This document shows positions 43,186-56,276 of a stretch of DNA of 64,000 bases, in pieces. Origin of the DNA: Octopus vulgaris. Its lineage: Eukaryota. Both the position numbers and the translations under genes were made by a program. The notes under the pieces are model-generated. The model worked only from the letters and a program-made list of their open reading frames with translations. It had not been told where the DNA came from and ran no database searches. The DNA is taken from assembly GCA_951406725.2 (NCBI GenBank), contig OX597822.1, positions 55,800,001 to 55,864,000 on the forward strand, read 5' to 3'. Numbering within the stretch: position 1 is the stretch's first letter; the number at the start of each line of letters is the position of its first letter.

Positions 43186-43400
43186 ACGTAAAGTAAAATA
43201 AAAAACATTGTATTGATATATACGCGGAGAGCAAAGGTAACGTTGTTATATATCAAACATTTTAAAGAAAAGGTAGTTCATCGAATGACTTCTCAGCCAA
43301 CGCATTTTAGCCTACCTTGAAACTGTTCTATCTTTACACAATATGATTGTACACATATTATTCTGTAGAATATTTTTATTAACAAAATGCAACAGTTTTT

Positions 43401-44073
43401 GGATTTTTACCTTTTGACCTACAGATTCAAAAAATAATTTTTTGTAACTAAACACTTTCAAACTTCGGACACTGGTAGAATGTGTCATTTAAAACATTTT
43501 TTACTCTAAGTCCTATTTCGGTAATTTCAACCAATCAATGACGTGTATTCACCTGAATAAAATTACTGTCAACAAGAACTTCCGGCGGTGTATTTTTCGT
43601 TTGTCACTGTTATTTATGACAACCCTAACCGTAAAACCCTAACCGTAACCCTAACCCTAAAACGCTAACCCTAACCCTAAAACCCTTACCTTAACCCTAA
43701 CCCTAAAACCCTAACCATAACCCTAAAAATCTAACCCTAACCCTAACCCTAAAACCTTAAAGCTAAAACCAGTACAAACGCACGAACGATGTCATAAATA
43801 ACAGTGACAAACGAAAAATACACTGCCGATAGTTGTTGTTAACAAACAACGGCAGTACGTAATTTTATTCAGCTGAATACACGTCATTGATTGGTTGAAA
43901 TTACTGAATTAGGACTATTGTAACGTGAAATTACTTCGTAAATATAAGTTTTTCTCCAAAATGCTAAGAGTAAAAGATGTTTTGTATGACACATTCTACC
44001 AGTATCCGAAGTTTGAAAGTGATTAGTTACAAAATTTTAGTTTTTAAATCTGTAGGTCTAAAGGTAAAGATCC
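43401..44073. mobile_element. Merlin-like non-autonomous element with long TIRs and an internal telomere-like (CCCTAA)n array
   Basis: GG...CC termini, 8-bp TSD CAGTTTTT (43393-43400; 44074-44081), ~220-bp inverted arms, CCCTAA units at ~43621-43765. Confidence 0.8.
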
Positions 44074-45021
44074 CAGTTTTTGATATAGAATAATTTTTAA
44101 TATAGAATAAAAATGAAATTCCCATTAGAAAATATTTATTTATGAAACAGCCAAATTTCAATACTATAACCATTAGAAAGTGACAAATTATTTTGCACAC
44201 ATTTATATACATTGTAAAATTGACTTATGAACATTTGTAGTTGATGTCTTCCTCGTACGTGGTTTCAAAACAGTCTATGCAGCAAATGCTGACTCTCATA
44301 ATTCAAATATTTTCAACAAGCTCTTCAAACAGTAGTCCAAAACCAAATGTAGTTGAAATTGATTTTTTTTTTACAGAAGTATGTTCTTGATTTTCTCTGT
44401 ACCTAAGCTGTGTTGTGATAAGGTGATCTGGAATGAAAACACAGCTCTTTCTATATATATGTTGCGCATAGTTAGCACATAAATTTTATACACACGAATC
44501 GCACATTTATCTTCAGAATATAAATTGAGCGATCGATTATTTTATATAGATTTTCAAGTTGGCTGATGATTTTTTTCGAATGTAAATTTAATTTTTATTT
44601 CAGACTAAAATTGATTACGTGTTTAAAGTTGCTGCGTACTGTAACATTTACTTTATATAAAAAAAAATCATTCTACATTTAAAATTGTCCCGCAAATAAA
44701 ATTATAGTACAAAATAATATATAAAAAAATATTTGCGATCTATAGTACCTATTTAATATTAGAAATTATTCTTAATTAAAAATCTATTCTATAGTTGTCA
44801 TTAATTTACAAAATATTTCATATAAAATACTTTACGAATGTAACTTCGACAAAAGTGGAAAATCATTTCAACAAAAAGTCATTCTATAATATGTCGATGA
44901 GATAAAAAGTTGTCGGATGAAAGGATATTAAAAAAAGTCTATATAAGATATTATCAAGTAGCCAGCGTGTAAAACCAATTAAGGTAAAATTTAAAACGGA
45001 GTATATCATTTTATAAATACA

Positions 45022-45178
45022 ATATCATAGCAAGGCCAGTTACGAGACGTATAGCCACACGATGGAAATAGACGCCGAGGTCCTAAGCTACGTGTGTATA
45101 TTTGATAAAGTAGCTTAGGAACTTGGCGTCTATTTTCAGCGTATGGCTTCACTTCTCGTAACTGCCCTTGCTATAATA
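45022..45178. repeat. Imperfect ~65-bp-arm hairpin (MITE-like)
   Basis: atagcaaggccagttacgag..cctaagctac / gtagcttagg..ctcgtaactgcccttgctat. Confidence 0.7.
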
Positions 45179-45786
45179 TGTACACACACACACATACACA
45201 CACACACACACACATATATATATATGTATGTGTGTGTGTGTATGTGTGTGTGTGTGCGTGCGTGTGTGTGCACATATATATGTACAGGAATACATATATA
45301 TGTATGTTCGTACGTATGTATGTATGTATATATATATATATATATATTATATTAAATTAGAGATAAAACCACTATTAGGCAAATCAAACAGTGAAAATCA
45401 TAAGTCAATACATAGAAATAAAATTAATTAAAAAATATAAAATATAAAAAATATAAAATTCCAAATTAAAATATTTAAATTAAAAATTATTTAAATAATT
45501 TAAACTTATAAATTTTAAAATATATATATATATATATATAAAATTAATTGAGGGTAGAAATTGATATTTATCAATTAAGACCAGTGGTCTAGCATATTAA
45601 AAAAGAATCCGAAGATTAAAATATTTATATATACCAATTAAGGACTGAACACGAAAAGTGGACAGTCAACATGCTAGATATAGACGTCAAATCGCCATTC
45701 ACCACAAAAGATTATGTTCTCAGATCAAACTCAACACAAAACCATAGCAATAAACAAGTGAAAAATATACGAAATAAAATAATTAC

Positions 45787-45851
45787 CCATGTACTAACTT
45801 AGTTTCAGCTGTTATTTTCCGCAAGGAAAACTGCAGCCATCATCAGCATGG
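45787..45851 (-). ncRNA. Type I hammerhead ribozyme (inverted copy)
   Basis: Reverse complement of 46481-46545. Confidence 0.8.
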
Positions 45852-46480
45852 TCCGTTATAAATGTAATTTGCTGGACTAGATGCAAACACGATACCGAAA
45901 TATCGCGTGCATGGAGTTCAGCCTATTACATTTGAATATATCTTTCAAATGCCTTTACTTTGGCGCGTTGAAACCCGAGAAAACTAGGCTGCAGTTTTCC
46001 TTGCGGAAAATAACAGCTGAAACTAAGTTAGTACATGGGTAATTATTTTATTTCGTATATTTTTCACTTGTTTATTGCTATGGTTTTGTGTTGAGTTTGA
46101 TCTGAGAACATAATCTTTTGTGGTGAATGGCGATTTGACGTGTATATCTAGCATGTTGACTGTCCACTTTTCGTGTTCAGTCCTTAATTGGTATATATAA
46201 ATATTTTAATCTTCGGATTCTTTTTTAATATGCTAGACCACTGGTCTTAATTGATAAATATCAATTTCTACCCTTAATTAATTTTATATAAATAAATATG
46301 TTCTCTAACCGATAAATTAACTGCTGCTAATTATTAGCTGCAGGCTAGTTTTCTCGGGTTTCAACGCGCCAAAGTAAAGGCATTTGAAAGATATATTCAA
46401 ATGTAATAGGCTGAACTCCATGCACGCGATATTTCGGTATCGTGTTTGCATCTAGTCCAGCAAATTACATTTATAACGGA

Positions 46481-46545
46481 CCATGCTGATGATGGCTGCA
46501 GTTTTCCTTGCGGAAAATAACAGCTGAAACTAAGTTAGTACATGG
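46481..46545 (+). ncRNA. Type I hammerhead ribozyme; predicted cleavage after GUA at 46540
   Basis: Stem I CCATG/CATGG, core CTGATGA, stem II ggctg..ttttcc-ttgc-ggaaaa..cagct, GAAA, stem III ACTA/TAGT. Confidence 0.82.
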
Positions 46546-46987
46546 GTAATTATTTTATTTCGTATATTTTTCACTTGTTTATTGCTATGGTTTTGTGTTG
46601 AGTTTGATCTGAGAACATAATCTTTTGTGGTGAATGGCGATTTGACGTCTATATCTAGCATGTTGACTGTCCACTTTTCGTGTTCAGTCCTTAATTGGTA
46701 TATATAAATATTTTAATCTTCGGATTCTTTTTTAATATGCTAGACCACTGGTCTTAATTGATAAATATCAATTTCTACCCTTAATTAATTTTATATAAAT
46801 AAATATGTTCTCTAACCGATAAATTAACTGCTGCTAATTATTAGCTGCAGGCTAGTTTTCTCGGGTTTCAACGCGCCAAAGTAAAGGCATTTGAAAGATA
46901 TATTCAAATGTAATAGGCTGAACTCCATGCACGCGATATTTCGGTATCGTGTTTGCATCTAGTCCAGCAAATTACATTTATAACGGA

Positions 46988-47052
46988 CCATGCTGATGAT
47001 GGCTGCAGTTTTCCTTGCGGAAAATAACAGCTGAAACTAAGTTAGTACATGG
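46988..47052 (+). ncRNA. Type I hammerhead ribozyme; predicted cleavage after 47047
   Basis: Identical to 46481-46545, offset 507. Confidence 0.82.
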
Positions 47053-47203
47053 GTAATTATTTTATTTCGTATATTTTTCACTTGTTTATTGCTATGGTTT
47101 TGTGTTGAGTTTGATCTGAGAACATAATCTTTTGTGGTGAATGGCGATTTGACGTCTATATCTAGCATGTTGACTGTCCACTTTTCGTGTTCAGTCCTTA
47201 ATT

Positions 47204-47255
<52 letters not shown>

Positions 47256-47258
<3 letters not shown>

Positions 47259-47647
47259 TTATATATAAAAGAGAAGTTGTGTGTCTGTCTCCTACGATTA
47301 AGATTCCTAACTACTCCCACATTTTGCGGTGCAGTTTAACCAAAACCGGGTATCTTATAGTTGTGATTCATATTGAGCCCTTCTGGGTATTAGCGCGCGT
47401 CTACGATGAGTCTACGATTAAAAAAAAATTTACCATCATTTTTCCATTTTAATGCATTTTCTCGCTATTATATAAGGGAAGTAACTCTCTAAAAATGTCT
47501 ACGATGAGACAATGATTTTAAAAAAAATTACCATAATTTGTTTTCCATTTTTAATGCATTTTTTTGCTATTTTTTGGCTATAACTCTCTAAAATGCTTAT
47601 ATAGTTATTTCTCTTACAAACCCGAGCAACGCCGGGCAATACTGCTA

Positions 47648-47648
<1 letters not shown>
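47256..47648 (+). mobile_element. Non-autonomous Helitron
   Basis: 5' TC start, 3' CTAG end preceded by hairpin cccg-agcaacgc-cggg; sits between A and T within (TA)n. Confidence 0.8.
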
Positions 47649-47712
<64 letters not shown>

Positions 47713-49336
47713 ATTATCATTTTATTTTATTTTATTTATTTTTTAAAAATTATATAACTATCAAAAAGTATTAAAAGATAAAGAGTAAAAACACTACGAT
47801 CGTTTCATGCCCGTAACCAATTCGAATAACAATAATTTAAATTCAATTAATAATTCGAATTATGGTTACAGTCAATCTTCAGGTTAATTGTAATATTTTA
47901 ATAAATAACCAGAAATATTTAAACACTATTTTTAAGAAATAAATAATATAATAATTTTACTTATAAAAAACTCTATTATCAAACTATAAACTTAACGATT
48001 ATGATTATATCAAAACATCGATTATAATGTTAAATATTAATTTTAATTTTTAAGTATTAATTTTTCAGGTAAGAAACCCACCAATAATCTAATATCAGTA
48101 ATAGTCAATATCTAATTACATAAATATTTTACGAAAAAACTATTATATTATTAAAAATATAAAATGTAAATAATATATAAATTATCAATGAAAATATATA
48201 AATGTATATAAATATTATAATTAACATCTAAAATAATCTCAATAAATAAATATATAAGCACATATAATAAAGACCTATTAATTAAATTTTCATATTTAAA
48301 GATGAAATAGCTAATTTCAAAAATACAAACAAACAATCTTAAACGAACGCTATAGCATATTAACTATCTTTATATCTCGTTGGCTAAATAATAACTTTCA
48401 GAAATCTTATATTTAAAATACTTAAAGAAATAATCAATTCGTAGTTAAATAGTATCAAATAAATACTATAAATATATTTATCAATGGGAATAATAAAACT
48501 AGCAAATATCAATATAAAAAGACAATATATAAGTTAAAATGATAATTATAAGAAATTTAAAACTACAATTAATGCTATTAATACATGTATATACATAAAC
48601 ATAACTTTAAACAACTCGTATACTTGCTATCAAACAACATATCTATCGCTAAGTAAATTCTTACGAATCAACTTAATAATTATATAGAAAATTACGATAA
48701 TTAGATCATTACATAAGCAACAATATTTACATAAAAAACAATATTATTACACCATAATACTTATAAAATATTAAAATTTAAAGATCTTAAATATAAATAT
48801 ATACTTAGCTTAGCGAGGTTTTTTTTTATTATTTAGCCAACGAGATATAAAGATAGTTAATATGCTATAGCGTTCGTTTAAGATTGTTTGTTTGTATTTT
48901 TGAAATTAGCTATTTCATCTTTAAATATGAAAAATTAATTAATAGGTCTTTATTATATGTGCTTATATATTTATTTATTGAGATTATTTTAGATGTTAAT
49001 TATAATATTTATATACGTTTATATATTTTCATTGATAATTTATATATTATTTACATTTTATATTTTTAATAATATAATAGTTTTTTCGTAAAATATTTAT
49101 GTAATTAGATATTGACTATTACTGATATTAGATTATTGGTGGGTTTCTTACCTGAAAAATTAATACTTAAAGATTAAAATTAATATTTAACATTATAATC
49201 GATGTTTTGATATAATCATAATCGTTAAGTTTATAGTTTGATAATAGAGTTTTTATAAGTAAAATTATTATATTATTTATTTCTTAAAAATATTATTTAA
49301 ATATTTCTGATTATTTATTAAAATATTACAATTAAC

Positions 49337-49424
49337 CTGAAGATTGACTGTAACCATGATTCGAATTATTAATTGAATTTAAATTATTGTTATTCGAATT
49401 GGTTACGGGCATGAAACGATCGTA
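49337..49424 (+). ncRNA. HHR-like motif with extended stem II (mirror copy at 47795-47882 on -)
   Basis: CTGAAGA..tgtaacca..tggttacg..GAAAC-GATC-GTA; stem I weak. Confidence 0.45.
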
Positions 49425-49791
49425 GTGTTTTTACTCATTATCTTATATTAAACTTTTAATACTTTTTGATAGTTATATATTTTATAAAAATAAATAAATA
49501 AAATAAAATAAAATAATAATAATATATATATATATTTAAAATTTATAAGTTTAAATTATTTAAATAATTTTAAAATTTTAACTTTAATTTATATATTTTA
49601 ATTTGGAATTTTATATTTCTATATTTTATATTTTTTAATTAATTTTATTTCTATGTATTGGCTTATGATTTTCACTGTTTGATTTGCCTAATAGTGGTTT
49701 TATCTCTAATTTAATATAATATATATTTATACTATAAAATTAGATTTAATCCTAAATCTAATCTTTCCCTGTAAGTTTGGAATTACTCCCT

Positions 49792-49833
<42 letters not shown>

Positions 49834-49875
49834 ATATATATATATATATGTATATATATGTGTGTGTGTGTGTGC

Positions 49876-49912
<37 letters not shown>

Positions 49913-50264
49913 GGTATGTAAAATCTCGTGGTTGGATGTATAAAAGACAAAATAGAGGAAAAAAGAGAGAGGGAGAAAGAAAGAAAACAAAAGAAGGAAA
50001 GAAAGAGGGTGAAAGAAGGAAGAAAAAAAGACGGACTAAAAGAGAGGAACTATTATACGAGAGAGAATATATGTAAACAAGAGAAACAGAGAAAGAGAAA
50101 AGGGAGATAATCGGTTGAAAACTGCAGTTTTTAGAGAAAAACACCTCTAACCCCCCCCCTATTTATCGCTTTACATTATTTACACTATTTAGATTATTTA
50201 TTGTTGACGGATATTTGTCCTCATCTTGTTTGTTGTTAACACAACGCTAATGCCAACAATAACG

Positions 50265-50692
50265 TCAACAATTACGATGGGATTTTGTTCCACCAGGGTT
50301 TGTAGGACGTCCTGGTCGAACTCTACACATCTTCCAGGACGAGGCTCGTCTTCTAGGCTATATTTTCCGGCTCAGAATCTCCGGAACCACTGGCTTACGT
50401 TTATTGTCCGATCCCCACGTACTGCATTAATATTCCACGCACTTTCCGTAGCGTTGTTGAACCCATAACTCAAAATATGCCGAATATGTTCCTTTGTCAC
50501 TTCCACTACAGCTTTGAAAAAATATCTGTTAAAATCGAATTACACTCTTCAAAAACTAGCACTATGAATAAGTACAAGGAAAAATTATTAACTGCTTTTA
50601 TAGCAAGTTGATGCAGGTAGTTTATCCCGTGCCCTTCCGACTTTTAGTTCATGCAATTGAAAAAACCGTATTATTTATGGGATGACTTAATA
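50265..50692 (-). mobile_element. Mariner 5' fragment (TIR + transposase N-terminus)
   Basis: EVTKEHIRHIL..NATESAWNINAV.GDRTI..QWFRRF*AG.YSLEDEPRPGR; TIR taagtcatcccataaataatacgg. Confidence 0.8.
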
Positions 50693-50997
50693 TTTATCAA
50701 AATATTCGGCTGTCTCAGTTTATCTGATCATTCGTATAAACACACGTAGCCAAAAGCCTAGAAACTGTTTTTTAAAGTTTAAATATATTCCATACTTCAA
50801 ATATATACAAAATAGAGATATACATATCTGATAACTGATCGATCCAGTGGTTCGATTCTAATTTTCAAAACTACGTTCCAAAATTTTGGCCAACTAATAA
50901 TATATTACAAATTAAATAGAACTTTGGGCATTTAGTATAAAATTTCTGATTTTCAGACGTATGTTCAAAACGTTTAGCTACGACTGTCTTACTCTTA

Positions 50998-51318
50998 CTG
51001 GCACTTCATCGGGTATGACGACGAGGGTTCCAGTTGATCCTATCAACAAAACAGCCTGCTCGTGAAATTAACGTGCAAGTGGCTGAGCACTCCACAGACA
51101 CGTGTACCCATAACGTAGTTCTCAGGGAGAATCAGCGTGACCGAGAGTGTGTCAAGGCTAGCCTTTTGAAATACAGGAACTACTCATTTTTTCCCAGCCG
51201 AATGGACTGAAGCAGCGTGAAATAAAGTGTCTTGCTTAAGGACACAACGCATCGCCGGGAATTGAACTTACGACCGTACAATCGTGAGCCGAATACCTCA
51301 CCAGTAAGCCACGCGCCT
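50998..51318 (-). mobile_element. tRNA-derived SINE with V-domain-like segment
   Basis: Head ggcgcgtggctta..gttcaattcc..gtgtccttaagcaagacact; same head at ~39318. Confidence 0.75.
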
Positions 51319-51404
51319 TCACTGACCAGACTGCATATATATGCATGTACAAGTACACATATATACACTTTATCTATCTATCTATCTATCTATCTCCCCC
51401 CTCG

Positions 51405-51452
<48 letters not shown>

Positions 51453-51699
51453 TAGAGAGAGAGAGAAGATGGATGACCGCCATACACTCACACACTCACG
51501 TCTTTTTTACTTGCTGGGTCTCTAGAAAAAATCATTGCCTCTTGACCTCATCGTTCCCCCGACTAATCGCGGATCTTTGTAAGTTAAAATTCATAGGAAA
51601 GATATGAGCAGAGGGTGAAGGGACTCCAATACGTAGATGTTCTCCGAAGTTCGGCAGATCGGATACTGCAGTATTACACATCAAAGATGATAAGAGGAG

Positions 51700-52340
51700 G
51701 AGAAGGAGGAGCAGGAGAGAGAATTGTCAGAAGTTATAGTTTCAGTAGAAAAGGCGCTAGGGAAAAGATACTGCACGTGTCTCACGGTTAAAATTTCTAT
51801 GAGTAACTTTATGCATATCAATCGGATTGTCCTTTTCCTAGATGTGAAACAGGATATATGACTGTGCAATGATAGCGAGGCCCTAGATCTGAGAATAATA
51901 TTCAATTAGTATGCTCCGCCTAGGTTTTGAAGTGTGTGAATAATTGCTAGTTACTGAAGTAATTTCTGGTCCTGAAGACAAGACTCAGTCATTGAGGTGA
52001 AGTGAAATACTGCTTTTTGTTAGCGGAAAACCTTGGCGAGGGTGAGGCTTAACATTTGAGAATAATCGTGAGAGCTCTGATTGAACACTGCTCCTGATTA
52101 AGCATTGTATGACTTGTGCGATGGTATTTTCTTGTTATGAATAGCGTTCGATATTCCTTGCTATGGAAAGAAAAAGCACAAGGCTAGTATATCGCCATTG
52201 GAAGATACCTTCGCGGTTTCTATGATTGCTTTTATGATTTTGTCCCTCACACAATTCCTTCTGTACATCAGTGACTTGCTTCCCGCCGCAGCCAGTAATG
52301 TTCACTCTTAGGAAGATCATACTACCATTCATTCATTCAT
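51700..52340 (+). pseudogene. Highly degraded CR1/Jockey-group LINE reverse transcriptase
   Basis: TQFLLYISDLLP..SNVHS*EDHTTIH resembles the LFLLFINDL..YADDT region. Confidence 0.4.
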
Positions 52341-52483
52341 TCTTCCCTAACCTTCCGTAAGACACCACATACCAAACTCGCACATATGCACGCCTACATA
52401 GCCATTTATCAACATAGATATGCACACAAACATTAGCACACAAATATGCATATAACTATTTTAAAAAACTTATTTTACTATTA

Positions 52484-52524
<41 letters not shown>

Positions 52525-53189
52525 GATTAATATTCTATTCCTTTCCCCCCTCTCTATTTACATATATGTATATTTACCACTCTTTCATACTCACTTTCTC
52601 TAACTCTACATAAATGTATGGGTGTCTGTGTGTGTGTGAGTATGTGTCTGTGTTCGTAAATATACCTTTCAAACACATACACAAATATCTGCACAAGTAC
52701 AAATGTACACACACATATACATACACGTATATAAATACGATGTATCCTCGGACAAAAGGCAACGCACACACACATACACACAAATACACACAGAGATAAA
52801 TATGCTGCTTTCCAAGTGTATATAACCTTATGGCATTTCCTCAATTCTAAATGTATTACTATTATTTATCAGCCTCTAATTCGACATTAAAAAAACATAA
52901 TATAAATTTCTGTGCCAGAATTTTTTTGATCATTGATATGTCCCTTATAATATAACTTCTGTATCATTGAAAATATCTCTTTATTGTTAGCTAAATATCC
53001 ATAGTTTTCTCATTCACCGATTCGATAGTTTTCAACATTTGATGTATATATCGTTTTGTATTTAGAATATCTTTGGAAAGTATATGCTTTTGCCCTATCT
53101 AATTTTTTGCATAGGCGTATATTTATTTGTATATTTATTGTACATTTATAATATTTCCCTTCCTTCTACTCCTCTCTCTCTTTCTTTTC

Positions 53190-53256
<67 letters not shown>

Positions 53257-53668
53257 CTATTTCTTTGTTTATCTGCTTAATTTTTCTACTTATCGATTTC
53301 CCATTTCACTATCTGCATACATAAGTGCACTCACAAATATTTATAGCATTATATACAACTAACATATATGTGTATATGTGTCTATGGAATGCCCGTCCAC
53401 TTACTTTTCGAACAACAGAGATGCACAATCATGCACGTCGTTATGTATGCATGTATGTGTGTGTGGGTCTGTATATTATTTTCATAGAGAAGCTCTTCGT
53501 TTCTCTCTCTAGCCACTACACATTATTTTCTCCCCTTGTTTCTTTCTGTGTTCCTTTCTGTGGAAGAGCGTAGGCTCGAAACTTTAAAGACTTCCCGAGC
53601 GTTATACTAATGCATCTGTTTGTAGTCTACACAACATGTCTTCGTCTTTTGTTTCTTTTGTGAATTCT

Positions 53669-53740
<72 letters not shown>

Positions 53741-54371
53741 ACAGAAAGAGTAGGGATGAAAGCAAAATAAGCCCAGTATAGATAATATAACTTAGTACTC
53801 AAATTGACGTGAACTTAAACTGCAACTTCATCAAGGCCAGGGCCTCGTTATCGAAAGTTAGCTATAAGAACAAACCTTACTGAGTTGATATGGATGTAGC
53901 AAGTTAGATTAACACAGTTAAGTTTCAGACTTGTATTTATGTGAAAAACAAAATACAGAGTATACAATAAAGCAAAAAAATTATTTAAAGTCTTATCACG
54001 ACAGCTGTCTCAAGATGATCATGAATTACGTAATAACCATATTCATAAATAATATGCGCTCGATGTCATAGGTGTGCAACCACCAAAATGTTCAGATGAA
54101 AATTTTAAAGTAAGTTAGGCATCCCTTTTCAAGAACAGAGTGGCAAATGCTATTCTTGTTGACCATTCTGGACTCTTTGGACTCTCTTGACTTCTTCATA
54201 TCTTTCACTTCCTGTATTACCATGTTCCTTTTTGATTTCCTTTTTGCCTTTGACAACCACTCCCAAAACCCATTGAACAGAATAAGAATAATTGTACAAT
54301 ATGTTGAGTATCGTTGCAAACAACGTCTATACACAGAAACTGATGTGTATGAATGAGCAATTTATATGTGT

Positions 54372-55071
54372 ATTTACATTAGTTACATTATTTACATTTG
54401 ACCGATATTTGTCCTCATCTTGTTTGTGGTTAACACAACGTTTCGGCTGATATACTCTCCAGCCTTCATCAGGTGCCTTGGGGAAATTTCGAACCTGGGT
54501 TCTCATTCTCAGGGTATTTTTCGATGTTATTATTATTATTATTATTGAGTGAGAGAGCAGTTCATGCCATCAAAGTGACACTGGGGTACAAATATACGAA
54601 GCCCAGTATACCCATCATGACTACCCGTCTGATAAGGGTACACCAGGCACATGCATCACAACCATATGTGCGCGACATGGTGACCTCATAACAAGATAAA
54701 CAGCGCATGACCTTGCGGGTGGGGCCCAGTTAGAATTTTCTTCTGGTTGGGTAAACCATCCCACTCAAAAGGTCCCTGATTAAGGGTTGTTTAAGGATGT
54801 TTAATGAAACACTCATGTTTCCAGAGGTGAATCATTCAAACCCCAAAGAATCCCTCTCAACACATGGCTATGATGCTCCCCCACTACTTCTACTCGTGAT
54901 CAGAGATGCACATATCGTCAGCCACTAAGGGATTATTATTATTATTATTGTTATTATTATTATTATTATTATTAATTATTATTATTTTTTATCATTATTT
55001 ATTATTATTATTATTATTATTAATTATTATTATTAATTATTATTATTATTAATTATTATTATTTTTTATCA

Positions 55072-55150
<79 letters not shown>

Positions 55151-55215
55151 TTACTGCCTGGAATTCATCTCGGAATCTTGGGGTTAGTAGCCCGTGCTCT
55201 AAACCACTACGCTAA
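54372..55215 (-). mobile_element. Second full copy of the tRNA-headed HHR SINE, with a ~385-bp insertion (54547-54932) in its (AAT)n linker
   Basis: Head 55146-55215 matches 229-298; tail 54372-54530 matches 415-570. Confidence 0.85.
54433..54476 (-). ncRNA. Minimal type I hammerhead motif with intact core
   Basis: GCAC-CTGATGA-A-GGCTG-loop-CAGCC-GAAAC-GTT-GTGT. Confidence 0.7.
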
Positions 55216-55834
55216 ATATAGAACTACATGTGTATTTACTTGTTTTGCTGATGCGTAGGTTTATAGTTCGTTTGGCTCTCCCATTACTAAACACTTCGAT
55301 CTTATGATTACCATAAAACATTAAAATGAATTCAATGATAGAAGCTATTGTCTCGCCCCAGTAACAATCATAGCCTCCTACTCTTACAATAACAATAACA
55401 AAAAAATAAGCGCAAACCAAACAAGGATGTAATGAAAACTAGCCAATGTACCAGTCCATGTTTGCTTTATTTGGCCAAAAATCGTCTCCGTCACATTACT
55501 GCAGAGCACGTTCAAAGTTTCAGATTTCAAGCATATCGGAGTTTCGGTTCAAGCTTAGGAATATGATTATTTGTCAGCGTCTATTCGATCATTTCTACTC
55601 ACAAACCATTTTATAATGATTGCAAACAGTTCTTCTATTCCCATCTCTACTGCAATGGAGATCACCACAACCACCACCACCACCAAAACCACCACCGCCG
55701 CTGTCACCGTAACCGCATAAGTTGTCTCCACCGCCACCGCTACACCCACCATCACTAGAACATAAACTTCACTAATGCAAACGCCACCTTCACAATCAGA
55801 AAATGCTGTCGTGTCATCGATCACTAACACAATA

Positions 55835-55920
<86 letters not shown>

Positions 55921-56014
55921 CACTGATGAGAGGTAGTAGTGGTGGTGACGACCGATATCATCCTGGGTGTGTATCAACCTGTGTGCATACATTTATATAT
56001 ATATATATATATTT

Positions 56015-56196
56015 ATTGTTTTGTTTCAGTCATTTGACTGCGGTCATGCTTGAGCACCGCCTTTAGTCGAACAAATCAACCCAAGGACTTATTAATTGTA
56101 AGTCTAGTACTTATTCTATCGGTCTGATTTGCCGAACCTCTAAGTTACATGGAAGTTAACATACCAGCATCGGTTTTCAAGCGATGTTGGGGGACA

Positions 56197-56233
<37 letters not shown>

Positions 56234-56245
56234 AAACACACACAC

Positions 56246-56276
<31 letters not shown>

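Larger units (their letters stand above)
45540..47205 (+). mobile_element. Retrozyme-like/PLE-derived element: one inverted copy plus 2.4 tandem 507-bp units, each with a type I HHR
   Basis: Unit phase ggctgcagttttcc at 45987, 46494 and 47001; inverted copy at 45540-45990. Confidence 0.85.
45344..49722. mobile_element. Large AT-rich foldback (arms ~0.9 kb, spacer 48395-48826); left arm split by nested insertions in a (TA)n run
   Basis: 45344-45530 pairs with 49525-49722, and 47705-48394 pairs with 48827-49522. Confidence 0.85.

Noticed and set aside
43621-43765. True telomere or chromosome-fusion site
   Set aside because: Short, degenerate, single orientation, and enclosed by TIRs with a TSD
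47705-49522. Mitochondrial insertion suggested by extreme AT content
   Set aside because: No mitochondrial gene motifs seen; explained by the inverted-repeat element
53995-54140. HHR-like remnant on the minus strand (TTGAAAA...GAGACAGCTGTC)
   Set aside because: GAAA is mutated, the insert is very long and stem I is unconvincing
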